This document shows, piece by piece, positions 28,379 through 37,700 of a stretch of DNA of 64,000 nt. A program made the translations under genes and the position numbers. This stretch comes from an uncultured bacterium. Lineage in GTDB: Bacteria; Acidobacteriota; Thermoanaerobaculia; Multivoradales; JAHZIX01. Under the pieces are notes generated by a model that saw only the letters and a list, made by a program, of their open reading frames with translations, was not told the DNA's origin and did not search any database. Each line of letters opens with the position of its first letter. Position 1 is the stretch's first letter. Location: positions 608,001 through 672,000 of the forward strand of contig CBDUPA010000001.1 in the NCBI GenBank assembly GCA_965368975.1, written 5' to 3'.

Positions 28379-31300
28379 CTATGGACAGGTCGCGAACGCC
28401 TGCGTGTCCTGGATCGGCTGGAAAGCGGTTGCCTGCGGATTCAGGTAGCGCACGACCTCGCCGCTCTGGGTATCCGTGACCGTGATCCGGGCCTCGACGT
28501 TGGTCAGGCCACCGGCGAAGACCCAGAAGCGGTCGCGGCCGGCGCAGGCGTCGAGCACCTTGATCACCAGCTCGACGTTGGTGTCGCGGAAGAACCAGAA
28601 GTAGCCGGTGTCGTCGGTGAGCTGGACACCCTGGCCAATGCCGCTGGTGCCGTTGGCACGGGTCCAGTCGACGCTGACCTCGAAGCGGTCGGCGTTGAGC
28701 AGGATCGAGTCGCTGCCCGGCGGTGGTGGTCCGGGATCGACCAGGTCCGAGGACACATCGAGGGCGTCGCAGGTGCTGAAGGCGCTGGTGTCCTGGAGCG
28801 GTTGGAACGGTGCTTCGAGCGGGTTCTGGTACAGCTGTACCTCGCCGGTCCAGGTGTCGGTGACGGTCATCACCACCTCGACGTTGGTCAGGCCGCCGGC
28901 GAAGACCCAGAAGCGATCACGGCTGGCGCAAGCGTCCAGGGCCTTGACCACCATCTCGACGTTGCTGTTCTGGAAGAACCAGAAGTAGCCGGTGTCGTCG
29001 GTCAGCTGCACGGCATGTCCCGTGCCGGTACGGTCGTTGGGCGTGCGCCAGTCGGTTTCGACGGCGAAGCGACCCTCGTTCAGGCACAGTACCTGCTCGG
29101 AAGGCGTGCAGGCGCGGCCGACATGGGCGTTGGTGACCGTCAGCTCCTCGATACCGCCCTTGGCGACCACCTCGAGCGAGCTCTTGCCGCTGATCCGCTC
29201 CGAGGTGCCCTCGGCGGCCAGCAGCCGGATCTCGTCGCCCACCACGGTGAGCTTGGCCGGTGTACGCAGACCGTCGGGGTCGTCGGGCACGGCTTCGAAC
29301 AGGGAGATGGTGATGTCCTGGTCGAAGTCCATGACGTAGCCCTCGGTTGCGGTGTCCAGCTTGCCGAGACGGTCCGGGAGTCCCGTCAGCAGGGCGGCCG
29401 GCCCGGCGGGTAAGACGGTCTCGGTGACCAGGAAGCCGTCCTGGAACACCTGAACGGTCTGGGTCGGCGAGGCGATGGTCGAGAAGTCGGTGGCGACCTC
29501 GATGATCGCGTCGATGTCCGGCCGCGCCAGCTCGAGGCGGCCGAGGGGCTGGTCGGCGACGCCGTCGTAAGTACCGAAGGCGGTCAGCTGCAGGGAACTC
29601 CCCTCGGGGGGCAGGTCGGTATTGCCTGGAGCTCCGACGGTGAGGTCGAGAAGGAAGGTCTGGGCCTCGCCCTGCCGGCTGTTGGTGACCAGATTGAACC
29701 CGCCACCCTCGGCCGGGATCTCGCTGACACGCAGGCTGCCATTGGCTGGTTCCAGTCGCACGGGGCCGACGGCACCGTACAACTCCTCGCCAACGATGAC
29801 TGTCGAGGGCCCGATCACCAGCTCGTCGAGGCCGTTGTTGGTCACCTCGATGCTCGACAGGCTTAGTTCCTTGACGGGAACGACCAGCGGCGGGCAGATG
29901 ACGACGCGATCGCCTGTCACGTTCCGAGGGCCACCTTGCGCAATGTCGACCTCGGTAGTCTGGGTCAAGTAGACCTCGAAGCAGTAGGTCTGCGGATGGC
30001 TGCCAAACTCACGAAGGTCGATCTCGCTGAAGCACGAGCCGGCCGGCAAGGTGGCGACGAGGCCTTCCGCCGCGTTGAAGTACTCGGTAACCTTGGTATC
30101 TCCGTTCCAGATCTCGACTCTCACGAAGGGTTCAGTGCCGGGGAAGTCGATTGTGACAGTGGCAGGGTTGCCGCCTGTGTAAGTGAGAACTGCAGGGGTG
30201 TCAGTGCCGCCGAAGTTCGCCGTCGTCACGATTTCCTCCCCGATGTCCGGGCAGGTGATCTCAGTGTTGGCGCAGACGCCGTTGGCACCATTGAGTTCGA
30301 AGACGATGCTGCTGCCGGTAGGCAGGGCGATGTACTCGTTCGAGAAGTCGATGTCCCCGATCGGTATGCAGGTCCAGCCGTAGCAGGGCACCGGTGGTGG
30401 GCAGGTGCGGTAGCGCAGACGGGCGTAGTCGAGGATGGTGTCGTCCTGGATATAGAGGTCGAGCCGGCCGTCTAGGATCAGGTCGGAGACGTCGAAGTTG
30501 AAGGTGGTGGGTGGGCCGTCGATCCGCCAAATGCCGCCCGCCTCCGGCAGGGCGCGGATCTCGCTCATGAAGGCGAAGAGCGGACTGCCGCCGCGCAGGC
30601 CGAGATGCAGGGTGTCGTTGGAGAGTAAGCTCGAGCTACCGGGCTGCAGACGGACTTCGAGCTCGGCTTCGAAGATCGACTCGGGGAGGTTCTGGAAGGT
30701 GCAGGCGACCGCGCGGTCGGTGCGGATCTCGTCGGCGGTCTTCCACAGCACGCTCGGCAGAGCCGCTTCGAGCTCTGGGCCCCGGTAGGTGAAGTCCGTG
30801 GGCAGGGCGAACTCGTCCGGCCGGCCGCAGTAGCGGGTCGTCCAGGGTACCGACCACAGCCGCAGCTCGAAGTAGTCGACGGTCGAGTCGTCCTGCACGC
30901 GCACATCGAGCACGCGCTCACTCTTCAGCACGTCGAGCACTGTCATGCCGTCACCGAACCCCAGTGTCGAGAGATCGAGCGTAAAGGTAGTGGGACCGTT
31001 GTTGGCGATGTCCCAGGTACCGCCGGACTCCGGCAGCTGGACGAAGCTCTTGCTGGCGAAGCCCTGACCGGAGGTAGCCGAACCGAGGTTGACGCCATCG
31101 TTGGAGGCCAACGAGCTGTTCAAGGGCCGGGTGCGGATGACCAGTTCCGCTCGGCAGAGGTCGGCGGGAATGTCGGTGAAGGTGTGTCCGACCCAGTGGT
31201 CCGTGGTGGTCTGGTCGAAGCTGCCCCAGAAGGTCGGGCTGCCGAAGGCGGTGTCGAGTTCCGGGCGTCGTGACGTCGCATCCGTCGGTGGTGCGAAGTC

Positions 31301-31444
31301 GTCGGCCAGGCCGGCGCGCAGGACGACAGGCTCACCGAGATTGTCGCACTCGGACGCGTGGCTGGGTACGGGTGTCAAACACAGGCAGAGCACCGCGACC
31401 AGTACGGTCAAAAGTGCCTTGCGTGGGGGCAGAGGTAGAAGCAT
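28379..31444 (-). CDS. Large secreted multi-domain protein (two N-terminal repeats, two C-terminal repeats)
   Basis: ATG 31444 behind GGAG; signal peptide; duplicated 'TF..P.....AEL...SND...QDD...DY..LR' domain; duplicated 'RFxVxxDW...LTDDTGYFWFF...FWVFAGGLTNVE...QDT.AF.TC' domain. Confidence 0.85.
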   Translation of the reverse strand: MLLPLPPRKALLTVLVAVLCLCLTPVPSHASECDNLGEPVVLRAGLADDFAPPTDATSRRPELDTAFGSPTFWGSFDQTTTDHWVGHTFTDIPADLCRAELVIRTRPLNSSLASNDGVNLGSATSGQGFASKSFVQLPESGGTWDIANNGPTTFTLDLSTLGFGDGMTVLDVLKSERVLDVRVQDDSTVDYFELRLWSVPWTTRYCGRPDEFALPTDFTYRGPELEAALPSVLWKTADEIRTDRAVACTFQNLPESIFEAELEVRLQPGSSSLLSNDTLHLGLRGGSPLFAFMSEIRALPEAGGIWRIDGPPTTFNFDVSDLILDGRLDLYIQDDTILDYARLRYRTCPPPVPCYGWTCIPIGDIDFSNEYIALPTGSSIVFELNGANGVCANTEITCPDIGEEIVTTANFGGTDTPAVLTYTGGNPATVTIDFPGTEPFVRVEIWNGDTKVTEYFNAAEGLVATLPAGSCFSEIDLREFGSHPQTYCFEVYLTQTTEVDIAQGGPRNVTGDRVVICPPLVVPVKELSLSSIEVTNNGLDELVIGPSTVIVGEELYGAVGPVRLEPANGSLRVSEIPAEGGGFNLVTNSRQGEAQTFLLDLTVGAPGNTDLPPEGSSLQLTAFGTYDGVADQPLGRLELARPDIDAIIEVATDFSTIASPTQTVQVFQDGFLVTETVLPAGPAALLTGLPDRLGKLDTATEGYVMDFDQDITISLFEAVPDDPDGLRTPAKLTVVGDEIRLLAAEGTSERISGKSSLEVVAKGGIEELTVTNAHVGRACTPSEQVLCLNEGRFAVETDWRTPNDRTGTGHAVQLTDDTGYFWFFQNSNVEMVVKALDACASRDRFWVFAGGLTNVEVVMTVTDTWTGEVQLYQNPLEAPFQPLQDTSAFSTCDALDVSSDLVDPGPPPPGSDSILLNADRFEVSVDWTRANGTSGIGQGVQLTDDTGYFWFFRDTNVELVIKVLDACAGRDRFWVFAGGLTNVEARITVTDTQSGEVVRYLNPQATAFQPIQDTQAFATCP

Positions 31445-31473
31445 GTGGATCTCCAATCGAGGGTGGAGTGAGT

Positions 31474-31514
31474 GCCGCGGCGGCTCTGGAAAGAAATCCG
31501 AGAGCTGCCGCGGC
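31474..31514 (-). other. Strong 5'-UTR hairpin
   Basis: Plus strand GCCGCGGCGGCTCT-GGA..TCC-G-AGAGCTGCCGCGGC, between the promoter motif and the RBS. Confidence 0.55.
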
Positions 31515-31527
31515 GGGTTCTACCTCT

Positions 31528-31555
31528 CTCTTTGCGGTGGGTGGATCTTTTGGAC
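31528..31555 (-). promoter_or_regulatory. Putative ECF promoter, copy 3
   Basis: GTCCAAA-AGATCCACCCAC-CGCAAAGAG; same spacing as the copies at 34644 and 39169. Confidence 0.7.
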
Positions 31556-31602
31556 GAGTTGTCTCGGAGTCTGTCTTGGCGTCTAATCTCGGTGCGTGAT
31601 CC

Positions 31603-32337
31603 TCAGAGATCGAATTCCAGGCCGACCGTCAGCCGCACCGTGGTCTGGTTGTCTCGCGGCAGCTGCAGCGCCTTCGGTCCGGCCGGTCCGTCGAAGTTCA
31701 GCGTCGTATCGCCGTGGAAGACGGTCGAGGCCCGCGCTTCGAAACGCAGCGCCAGTCGTGGTGAGATCGGATGGCGCAGGCCGGCACCGAAGGTGAGCAG
31801 CGGACTCGTCTCGGCTCCGGTCGATGCTTCGACGCCGAGGCCAGAATCTCGACCGCGCTCGTGCCACAAGCCTGCTCCCACGAAGACCGAGGGCTGCCAG
31901 CAGCAGTCGGTGCGAAAGGTCCACTCCAGGCTGGGCGTGAGGGAGATCGCCGGCCCGGCTTCCCGATCCTCCGGAGCGATGGCGAAAGGGAGGTCACAGC
32001 CGGGAGCGGGGCACGGATCACCCCAGTCGACGCGGTAAGCCTCGGGGATCCACATCAGCGGCAACGCCAGCTGCAGCCGGGTAGTACCTCGGCTACGCAG
32101 GGTGTAGCGTGGGGTCAGGCTGATCGTGAGGCGCTCAGACGAAGCAGCCTCGAGGTCGATGACGCCGGCATTGACTTCGAGGCTCCAGCGCGACGGACAG
32201 GCCTGCACGTCGATGCCGCCGCGCTTGAGGGTCTGCGCTTCAGAGCTTGCCGTGCCGAGCACGACCAGGAGCGCCGCCAGGAGCCGCCGGCATCCGAAGC
32301 GGTGCGGGGTCGCACAGAGAAAGGTGGTCTTGCGCAT
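31603..32337 (-). CDS. Outer-membrane beta-barrel protein (OmpA/OmpW-like membrane domain)
   Basis: Signal peptide; PSVFVGAG, FGAGLRHPISPRLALRFEAR, terminal LTVGLEFDL; GAGGAGG RBS just after the S8 gene stop. Confidence 0.75.
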   Translation of the reverse strand: MRKTTFLCATPHRFGCRRLLAALLVVLGTASSEAQTLKRGGIDVQACPSRWSLEVNAGVIDLEAASSERLTISLTPRYTLRSRGTTRLQLALPLMWIPEAYRVDWGDPCPAPGCDLPFAIAPEDREAGPAISLTPSLEWTFRTDCCWQPSVFVGAGLWHERGRDSGLGVEASTGAETSPLLTFGAGLRHPISPRLALRFEARASTVFHGDTTLNFDGPAGPKALQLPRDNQTTVRLTVGLEFDL

Positions 32338-32350
32338 GATCTAGACCTCC

Positions 32351-34612
32351 TCACTGTCCCAGCAGGACGGGACTCTCGGTCGGGCCGTCCTGGGTCATGA
32401 AGTGGAGCAGGACGGTGGGACGTCGACCGCCGTGTTGCGCCGCGTCCAACCACTCGTGCCGGATGCCGTGGAAGATCCGGCTGTCACCCGGCTGCAAGGG
32501 TGTCGTCAGCGGCAAGGCGATGTACCGGTCGCCAATGCGCAGCGTCGGCGACGTCAGTGGGTACTCAGGGTCCCAGCCGGGGTCGATGTTGACGTGCAGG
32601 CTCCACGTCGTCGTCCCGGTTCTAGTCGTCTCAGGACCTCCCGAGCCGTCCGTGTCGACCCACAGGCCGCCGCTCGGTGGGGGCTCCGGCGTCAGGTCGC
32701 AGCCCACGCACGGATTGCCCTGCGGCTGCGGTCCCGTCCACGGCCGGGCCCAGATACCGTAGTACTGGCGGAAGGGGCACGGACTGGCCGCCGTCTCTCC
32801 GGGTGGATGGTAGAAGTCGCCCGAGCCACAGAATTCGGGCAAGGTGCCCGCCAGCTCGACGACGCCGACGTCCATGCCGCGCGTATGGGTGTGCAAGACC
32901 GACAGCTTGGGTCGTTGGGTGTCGGGTGCCGGGCACGAAACTGAGCATTCCGTGTCCCCGTGGGTCGACGCAGGCTCGCAGCCGAGGGCCAGAGCGACCG
33001 CTGGGCAGACGCCGACACGGCGCACCGCCGGAGCCGTCGAGCCCAGGAAGACGTTGGCTCGACGCTCGACGGGGCGGCCCGCTCGTTCGACCAGCTCCAT
33101 GACCTGGTGCCGCGACAGCTCCGGCCGCGTCTGCCAGGCCGCCGCGGCGGCGCTGGCGACGACGGTGGTGGCGACCGACGAACCGGTGAGGAAGGATGCG
33201 CGCGCCCGCGGCTTCGAGGCGTTCGGCTCGGGCGGATGCTCGATCATCGCATGATCGGCATAGGCCACGCGGGCCGGCTCGGACTCGGGACGTGCATTGG
33301 CCAGGGCCAGATCGTTCCCGTGCACTCCCCCCGCTGCGTAGAGCAGGGGCTGGCGCGCCGACTGTGCGTCAAAGGAGCCCTGTGCATCGAAGGAGCCCTG
33401 GTGCTCGGTGCCGAGCAGGCGTTCACAGTCGCGGGCATCCGGCGCCGGACGTCGTTCCCAGGCTGCCGGGAGCAACGGACCGCTCTCGACTTCCGGGCCG
33501 CCGGTGCGGTTGCCGGCCGCGACGACCACCATGGCTCCCTGGCAGCTGGCGATTTCGAGCGTCCGGTAGAGCGTGCGCACCGGTAAGGGCATGTCGCGCA
33601 CGCGCCGCTCCAAGCCGCCGAAGCGCTCACCGACCCAGCCCAGGGACAGGTTGAGCACCAGATGGTCCTCGCCGCCGCGCCGCCAAGCGAGCAGTTCCCC
33701 CCAGACCGCCTGGGCCAGCTGGTCGATGGTGCCGAAGTAGCCGCCGCTGGACCAGTCGAAAGTCGTCTGCGTCGGGTCCGCCCAGTCGAAGGCAGCGATC
33801 GGCATCGCCAGCCGCGTGGTGATCCGGACCGGGCAGCTTGCTCCGGCTTCCGTTCCACCGTCGCAGATCAGCTGGCTGGCGAGCTGCTGCAGCGCGTAGC
33901 CGTGATCCGACCTGCCGCTGGCAGTCAGGTCCGAGGGCTGCGTATCGAGCAGGGCCAGGCGGACGCGCGCCGCCCCGGCTGCCTCGCTGGCTGCCTCGCT
34001 GGCTGCCTCGCTGATTGTCTCGGAACCTGTGAGCCTGTTGACCTCCGGCAGCGACGGCAACGACACCGACTGTGCCTGCTGCCGGAAGTGCGTACCGATT
34101 TCGCGCCACACCGCGGGATCGTGGCCGGCCATCGGTGCCACCGCGGCACAGCCGGATTCCACCTCGCGCAGGCGATCCGCCTGTACTTGCTCTTCGAGGA
34201 AGCGCATCAGCATCGCCCGTGCCGCTTCAGTCGAGACGGTCGGCACGTGCTCAGCGTCGGTGTCTCCCGCTTGCTTCGGGGATATTTGGTAGACGCAGTA
34301 GGGCGACAGTGCCGGTGGCAGGGAGTCGTCATCGGGTTCGAAGAGCGAGCCTCCCGTCCAGGTGAGGCCGGGAATCGCGGGCAGCGACGGGCACGTAGCC
34401 TGCTTCTTTCCCTTGACGGCCACCCAGCGCCAGGCCGGGCAGGCCGCGCGCGTGTCGATCGGCGGATCCGTCGGCAGATCCGGCGGCGGATAGTCCGGGT
34501 ACATCGGTGGCGTGGGGGCGGCGCCCGAGCATTGCGCAGAGGCCGATGGGATGCTGCCGAGAGTGGCGAGAGAGAAGAGTATCCAGGCGGTGAGCTGCTT
34601 CAAGTATCGCAT
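32351..34612 (-). CDS. Secreted S8 (subtilisin-like) serine peptidase
   Basis: Signal peptide; LALLDT (Asp), DHG (His), VLNLSLG, AAGN (oxyanion Asn), TGSSVAT (Ser); Cys-rich flanking regions. Confidence 0.8.
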   Translation of the reverse strand: MRYLKQLTAWILFSLATLGSIPSASAQCSGAAPTPPMYPDYPPPDLPTDPPIDTRAACPAWRWVAVKGKKQATCPSLPAIPGLTWTGGSLFEPDDDSLPPALSPYCVYQISPKQAGDTDAEHVPTVSTEAARAMLMRFLEEQVQADRLREVESGCAAVAPMAGHDPAVWREIGTHFRQQAQSVSLPSLPEVNRLTGSETISEAASEAASEAAGAARVRLALLDTQPSDLTASGRSDHGYALQQLASQLICDGGTEAGASCPVRITTRLAMPIAAFDWADPTQTTFDWSSGGYFGTIDQLAQAVWGELLAWRRGGEDHLVLNLSLGWVGERFGGLERRVRDMPLPVRTLYRTLEIASCQGAMVVVAAGNRTGGPEVESGPLLPAAWERRPAPDARDCERLLGTEHQGSFDAQGSFDAQSARQPLLYAAGGVHGNDLALANARPESEPARVAYADHAMIEHPPEPNASKPRARASFLTGSSVATTVVASAAAAAWQTRPELSRHQVMELVERAGRPVERRANVFLGSTAPAVRRVGVCPAVALALGCEPASTHGDTECSVSCPAPDTQRPKLSVLHTHTRGMDVGVVELAGTLPEFCGSGDFYHPPGETAASPCPFRQYYGIWARPWTGPQPQGNPCVGCDLTPEPPPSGGLWVDTDGSGGPETTRTGTTTWSLHVNIDPGWDPEYPLTSPTLRIGDRYIALPLTTPLQPGDSRIFHGIRHEWLDAAQHGGRRPTVLLHFMTQDGPTESPVLLGQ

Positions 34613-34643
34613 TGGGGAGTCCCTCCATGAGTCGTTCATCTCC

Positions 34644-34671
34644 CCCTTTGCGACGGCCCCTCATCTTTGAC
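34644..34671 (-). promoter_or_regulatory. Putative ECF promoter, copy 2
   Basis: GTCAAAG-ATGAGGGGCCGT-CGCAAAGGG, 32 bp before the S8 ATG. Confidence 0.7.
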
Positions 34672-34708
34672 GCTCTATCTGTCGCGGAGCCCCGTCCCCG
34701 GCGGGGAG

Positions 34709-37700
34709 TCAGGGTTCGAGTAGGCGAAAACTCGCCCAGTCGGCCGTCGGTTCCGCGCGTCGCCAGTCGAGCTGCGCCTGGCGCAGGCGCTCGCCCAGGT
34801 TCTTCCCATTCCCGGTATAGAAACGGTGGAACAGGGCTTCCGTGTCGCGATCGCCGACCGGTCGCAAAGAAGCGACAACAGCCGAGGAGCCGGCGACCAG
34901 GAAGGCCTGGGCCAAACCCAGACCGGCGGTTCTCGCGCCGTCTTCGCGCCCACCCGACGGGCCCAGCGCGCGCGCGCTGTCGCAGCCCGACAGCACCACC
35001 CAGGTCGGAGCCTCGGGTAGCGCCAGGACGTCACCCAGGGTCAGGCGACCGTCGTCGGCCAGCAGCAGCGCGCTGTCCCAGCCGAAGCGCCCGGCACGCA
35101 CACTGTGTCCGGCGACGTGCAGGAGGTCGATGTCTTCGAGTCGTCCCTGCAGCGCTGCCAGGGTGGCCTCGTGCTGTTGCAAGCTCTCTACCCGCGTGTA
35201 CCCATGCTCGGTGAGCAACGCAGCCGTGTGCTCGGCCTCGCGTCGCGCCGCTGGCAAGTCGCCGCGCGGATCTCCCACTACCAGGGCTCGCCGTGGTGTC
35301 CTTGGAGAAGCTGGCGCCGTCAAGTCGAGGCTGTAGACCACCGGCAGCGCGGCGAGCACGACGTCGCCGTTCCAGGGCAAGGCGTGGACGTCGACGTCCT
35401 GCAACGGACCGTGAGCCAGGATGCGCAGCCGCCGACTGGCGTCGATGGCGTCGCGGAAGGGCGCCAGCAGCTGGTCCGCGAGTCGCGGTGGATCGGCCAG
35501 GAGCTCGGCGTCCAGGTCGAAGCGGTGGCTTTCTACCGCGGGACGGCCGTCGTTGCCGAGCCGTGCCGCGAACACGACCCAGGGCTGCGCGCCGCGAGCG
35601 TCGGCAGTGTCAGGTTGGACGCCGCGCTGAGCCAGCGGATGAAACGCCAGCACCAGTTCTCCCGCGCGCAAGGGGGGAGGTGGAGCCGGTGGTTGGGTGT
35701 CGAGAACCTGGAAGCTACGGTCGAGCGCTTGCAACGCCTGCTGCTGCCGCGTCGAGTATCGCGCTTCGGCGACGTCGAGCCGGCGGCGCGACAGCGTCCA
35801 GTGCTCGGCCGCGGCGGCCTCGCTCTGCGCGCGTTGCTGCACGTATTCGGCGACGCCGAGGTCCCAGCGTGCCTGCTCTTCAGCGGTCAGTCGCGCGCGG
35901 CGATGCCCCTGGCGCACCGAGTGCAGGACGCGGGCGCGCGAGCGGCGGGCCGCGTCGAAGGCGTCGGCGACCCGGTCTTGGTCCAGCAGCAGGCTGATCT
36001 GCCGCCGCGCGCTCAGCTGGCGGGCGTTGTCGAAGGCGAAGCGTCCCTTGGCCAGCGGTACTAGCAGGCTTTGCTGATCGACCTGTCTCTCGGCCTCGGC
36101 ATAGGCGGTCAGAGCCGCGTCGACGTCACCGAGCAGTTCGTGAGCACCTGCCTGTTGCACTTTGGACCACCAGACCGCTTGCGGGTCGAAGGCTCGCGCG
36201 GCGAGTCGCTCCATGTCGGCATAGGTGTCCAGGGCTTTGAAGCCGTTGCTCTCGAGCAGAGCCAGCCGACCCTCGATATCGAGACGCCACAGGTGGTGCA
36301 GTGCATTGGCCCGCGCTTCGAAGGCCGCGGCCTGGTCCAGTGCTGCGTGGGCTTCCCAGGTCTCGCCGCGCTGCGTGTGGGCGAGGGCGAGGTTCAACCA
36401 CAGATCCAGCGGTAGCCAGCTGTCGCAGTCGCCGCCGCCCGTCGTGCTCGATTCCAAGGCTCGCCGCAGTAGCGGCAGCGGGTCGACCAGGCCTTCGCCG
36501 TCGAACAGCTGTGTCCAGGCGAAGGAGTTGAGCAGTTCCGCTTGCTGACAAGGCGGATGATCGGTATCAGGCCGCTCGGCGAAGGCGCGCACCAACTCCG
36601 CCGCTTCGTCGCGTCGCCCCAGTCGCTGCAGCACCAGCGCCTGCCGGGCCAGCACTGAGTCACGCAGGTGCTGGTTCAGATTCAAGCGGCGGCTCGTCTC
36701 GACGGCGTCCTGGAACACCTCCAGGGCGGTCCGGAAGTCTCCGAGGTCACTGTGTAGCGATCCCTCGTAGTACCCGAGGATGACAGTGGCTTCGCCCGGA
36801 ATGTGGGAAACCGGCAGCTCAGCCAGGCGCGGGCGGATCGTCTCGGCATGCTGCAATCGGCGCACGAAGTCGCGCGATTCGTTGTCGAGCCAGTTCAGGG
36901 TGGCGAAGTCCTGAGCCAGTTGGAGCAAGTTCCCCTGGGTCAGGTGGTGTTCGACGGCGGCTTCGAGCTGTTGTCGCATCTCGTCCCGGGACGGCGCCAG
37001 CTTGGCTTGCAGGCTCAGCACGAAGCCCAGCAGCTCCTCAGGCACCTCGTCGGCGTGTTCGTGCAACAGCCGCCGCGCACGCTCCGGATCTCGCCGCGAC
37101 CACCCGCGCGCCTCGTCCAGCCAGCGTGGCTGATCGGGCTCGACCAGAGCGAGCCGGAAGGTCCGTTCCCGGCCGTCCTCGATAGCGCTGACCCGTATCT
37201 CCATAGCGCCCGAAGCTACGGGGTTCGCCTCGATTGGTAGCGTGAAGCGCCACCCACCGTCGACGCTCTGCGCCACCTCGGACCTCGTGTCGAAGGCGCG
37301 ATCGTCGACCTGCACCCTGAGATCCGTCTCCGGCGCCGAGCGCGCCCAGACGGTTACGGTGGCACTGGGCTCACAGGCCGGTCCCGGTCGCACCTCCCGG
37401 CAGCCGGCGTAGCGCACCTCCAGCGGTACGCCCTCGCCTCCGCCCACCTCGTCCGCGATCCGGAAGGGTACGGTGAGCCACCGCCAGCGGGTGTCGGTGC
37501 CCTCCGTCGCAGCTTGCAGCTCGTCGAGCGTCGCGGCTGCCGGCAGCTCGGCGCCCGCCGGTCCGTAGACGAAGACGAGCCGCCAGGAACCGGGATCGAG
37601 CGCCAGATCTTCACCCACCACGCCGCGTACGCGCACGACACCGCTGGCGGTCACCTCGTCACCGGTCACCTCGTCATCGGCCGGCCAGGGCAGCAAGACA

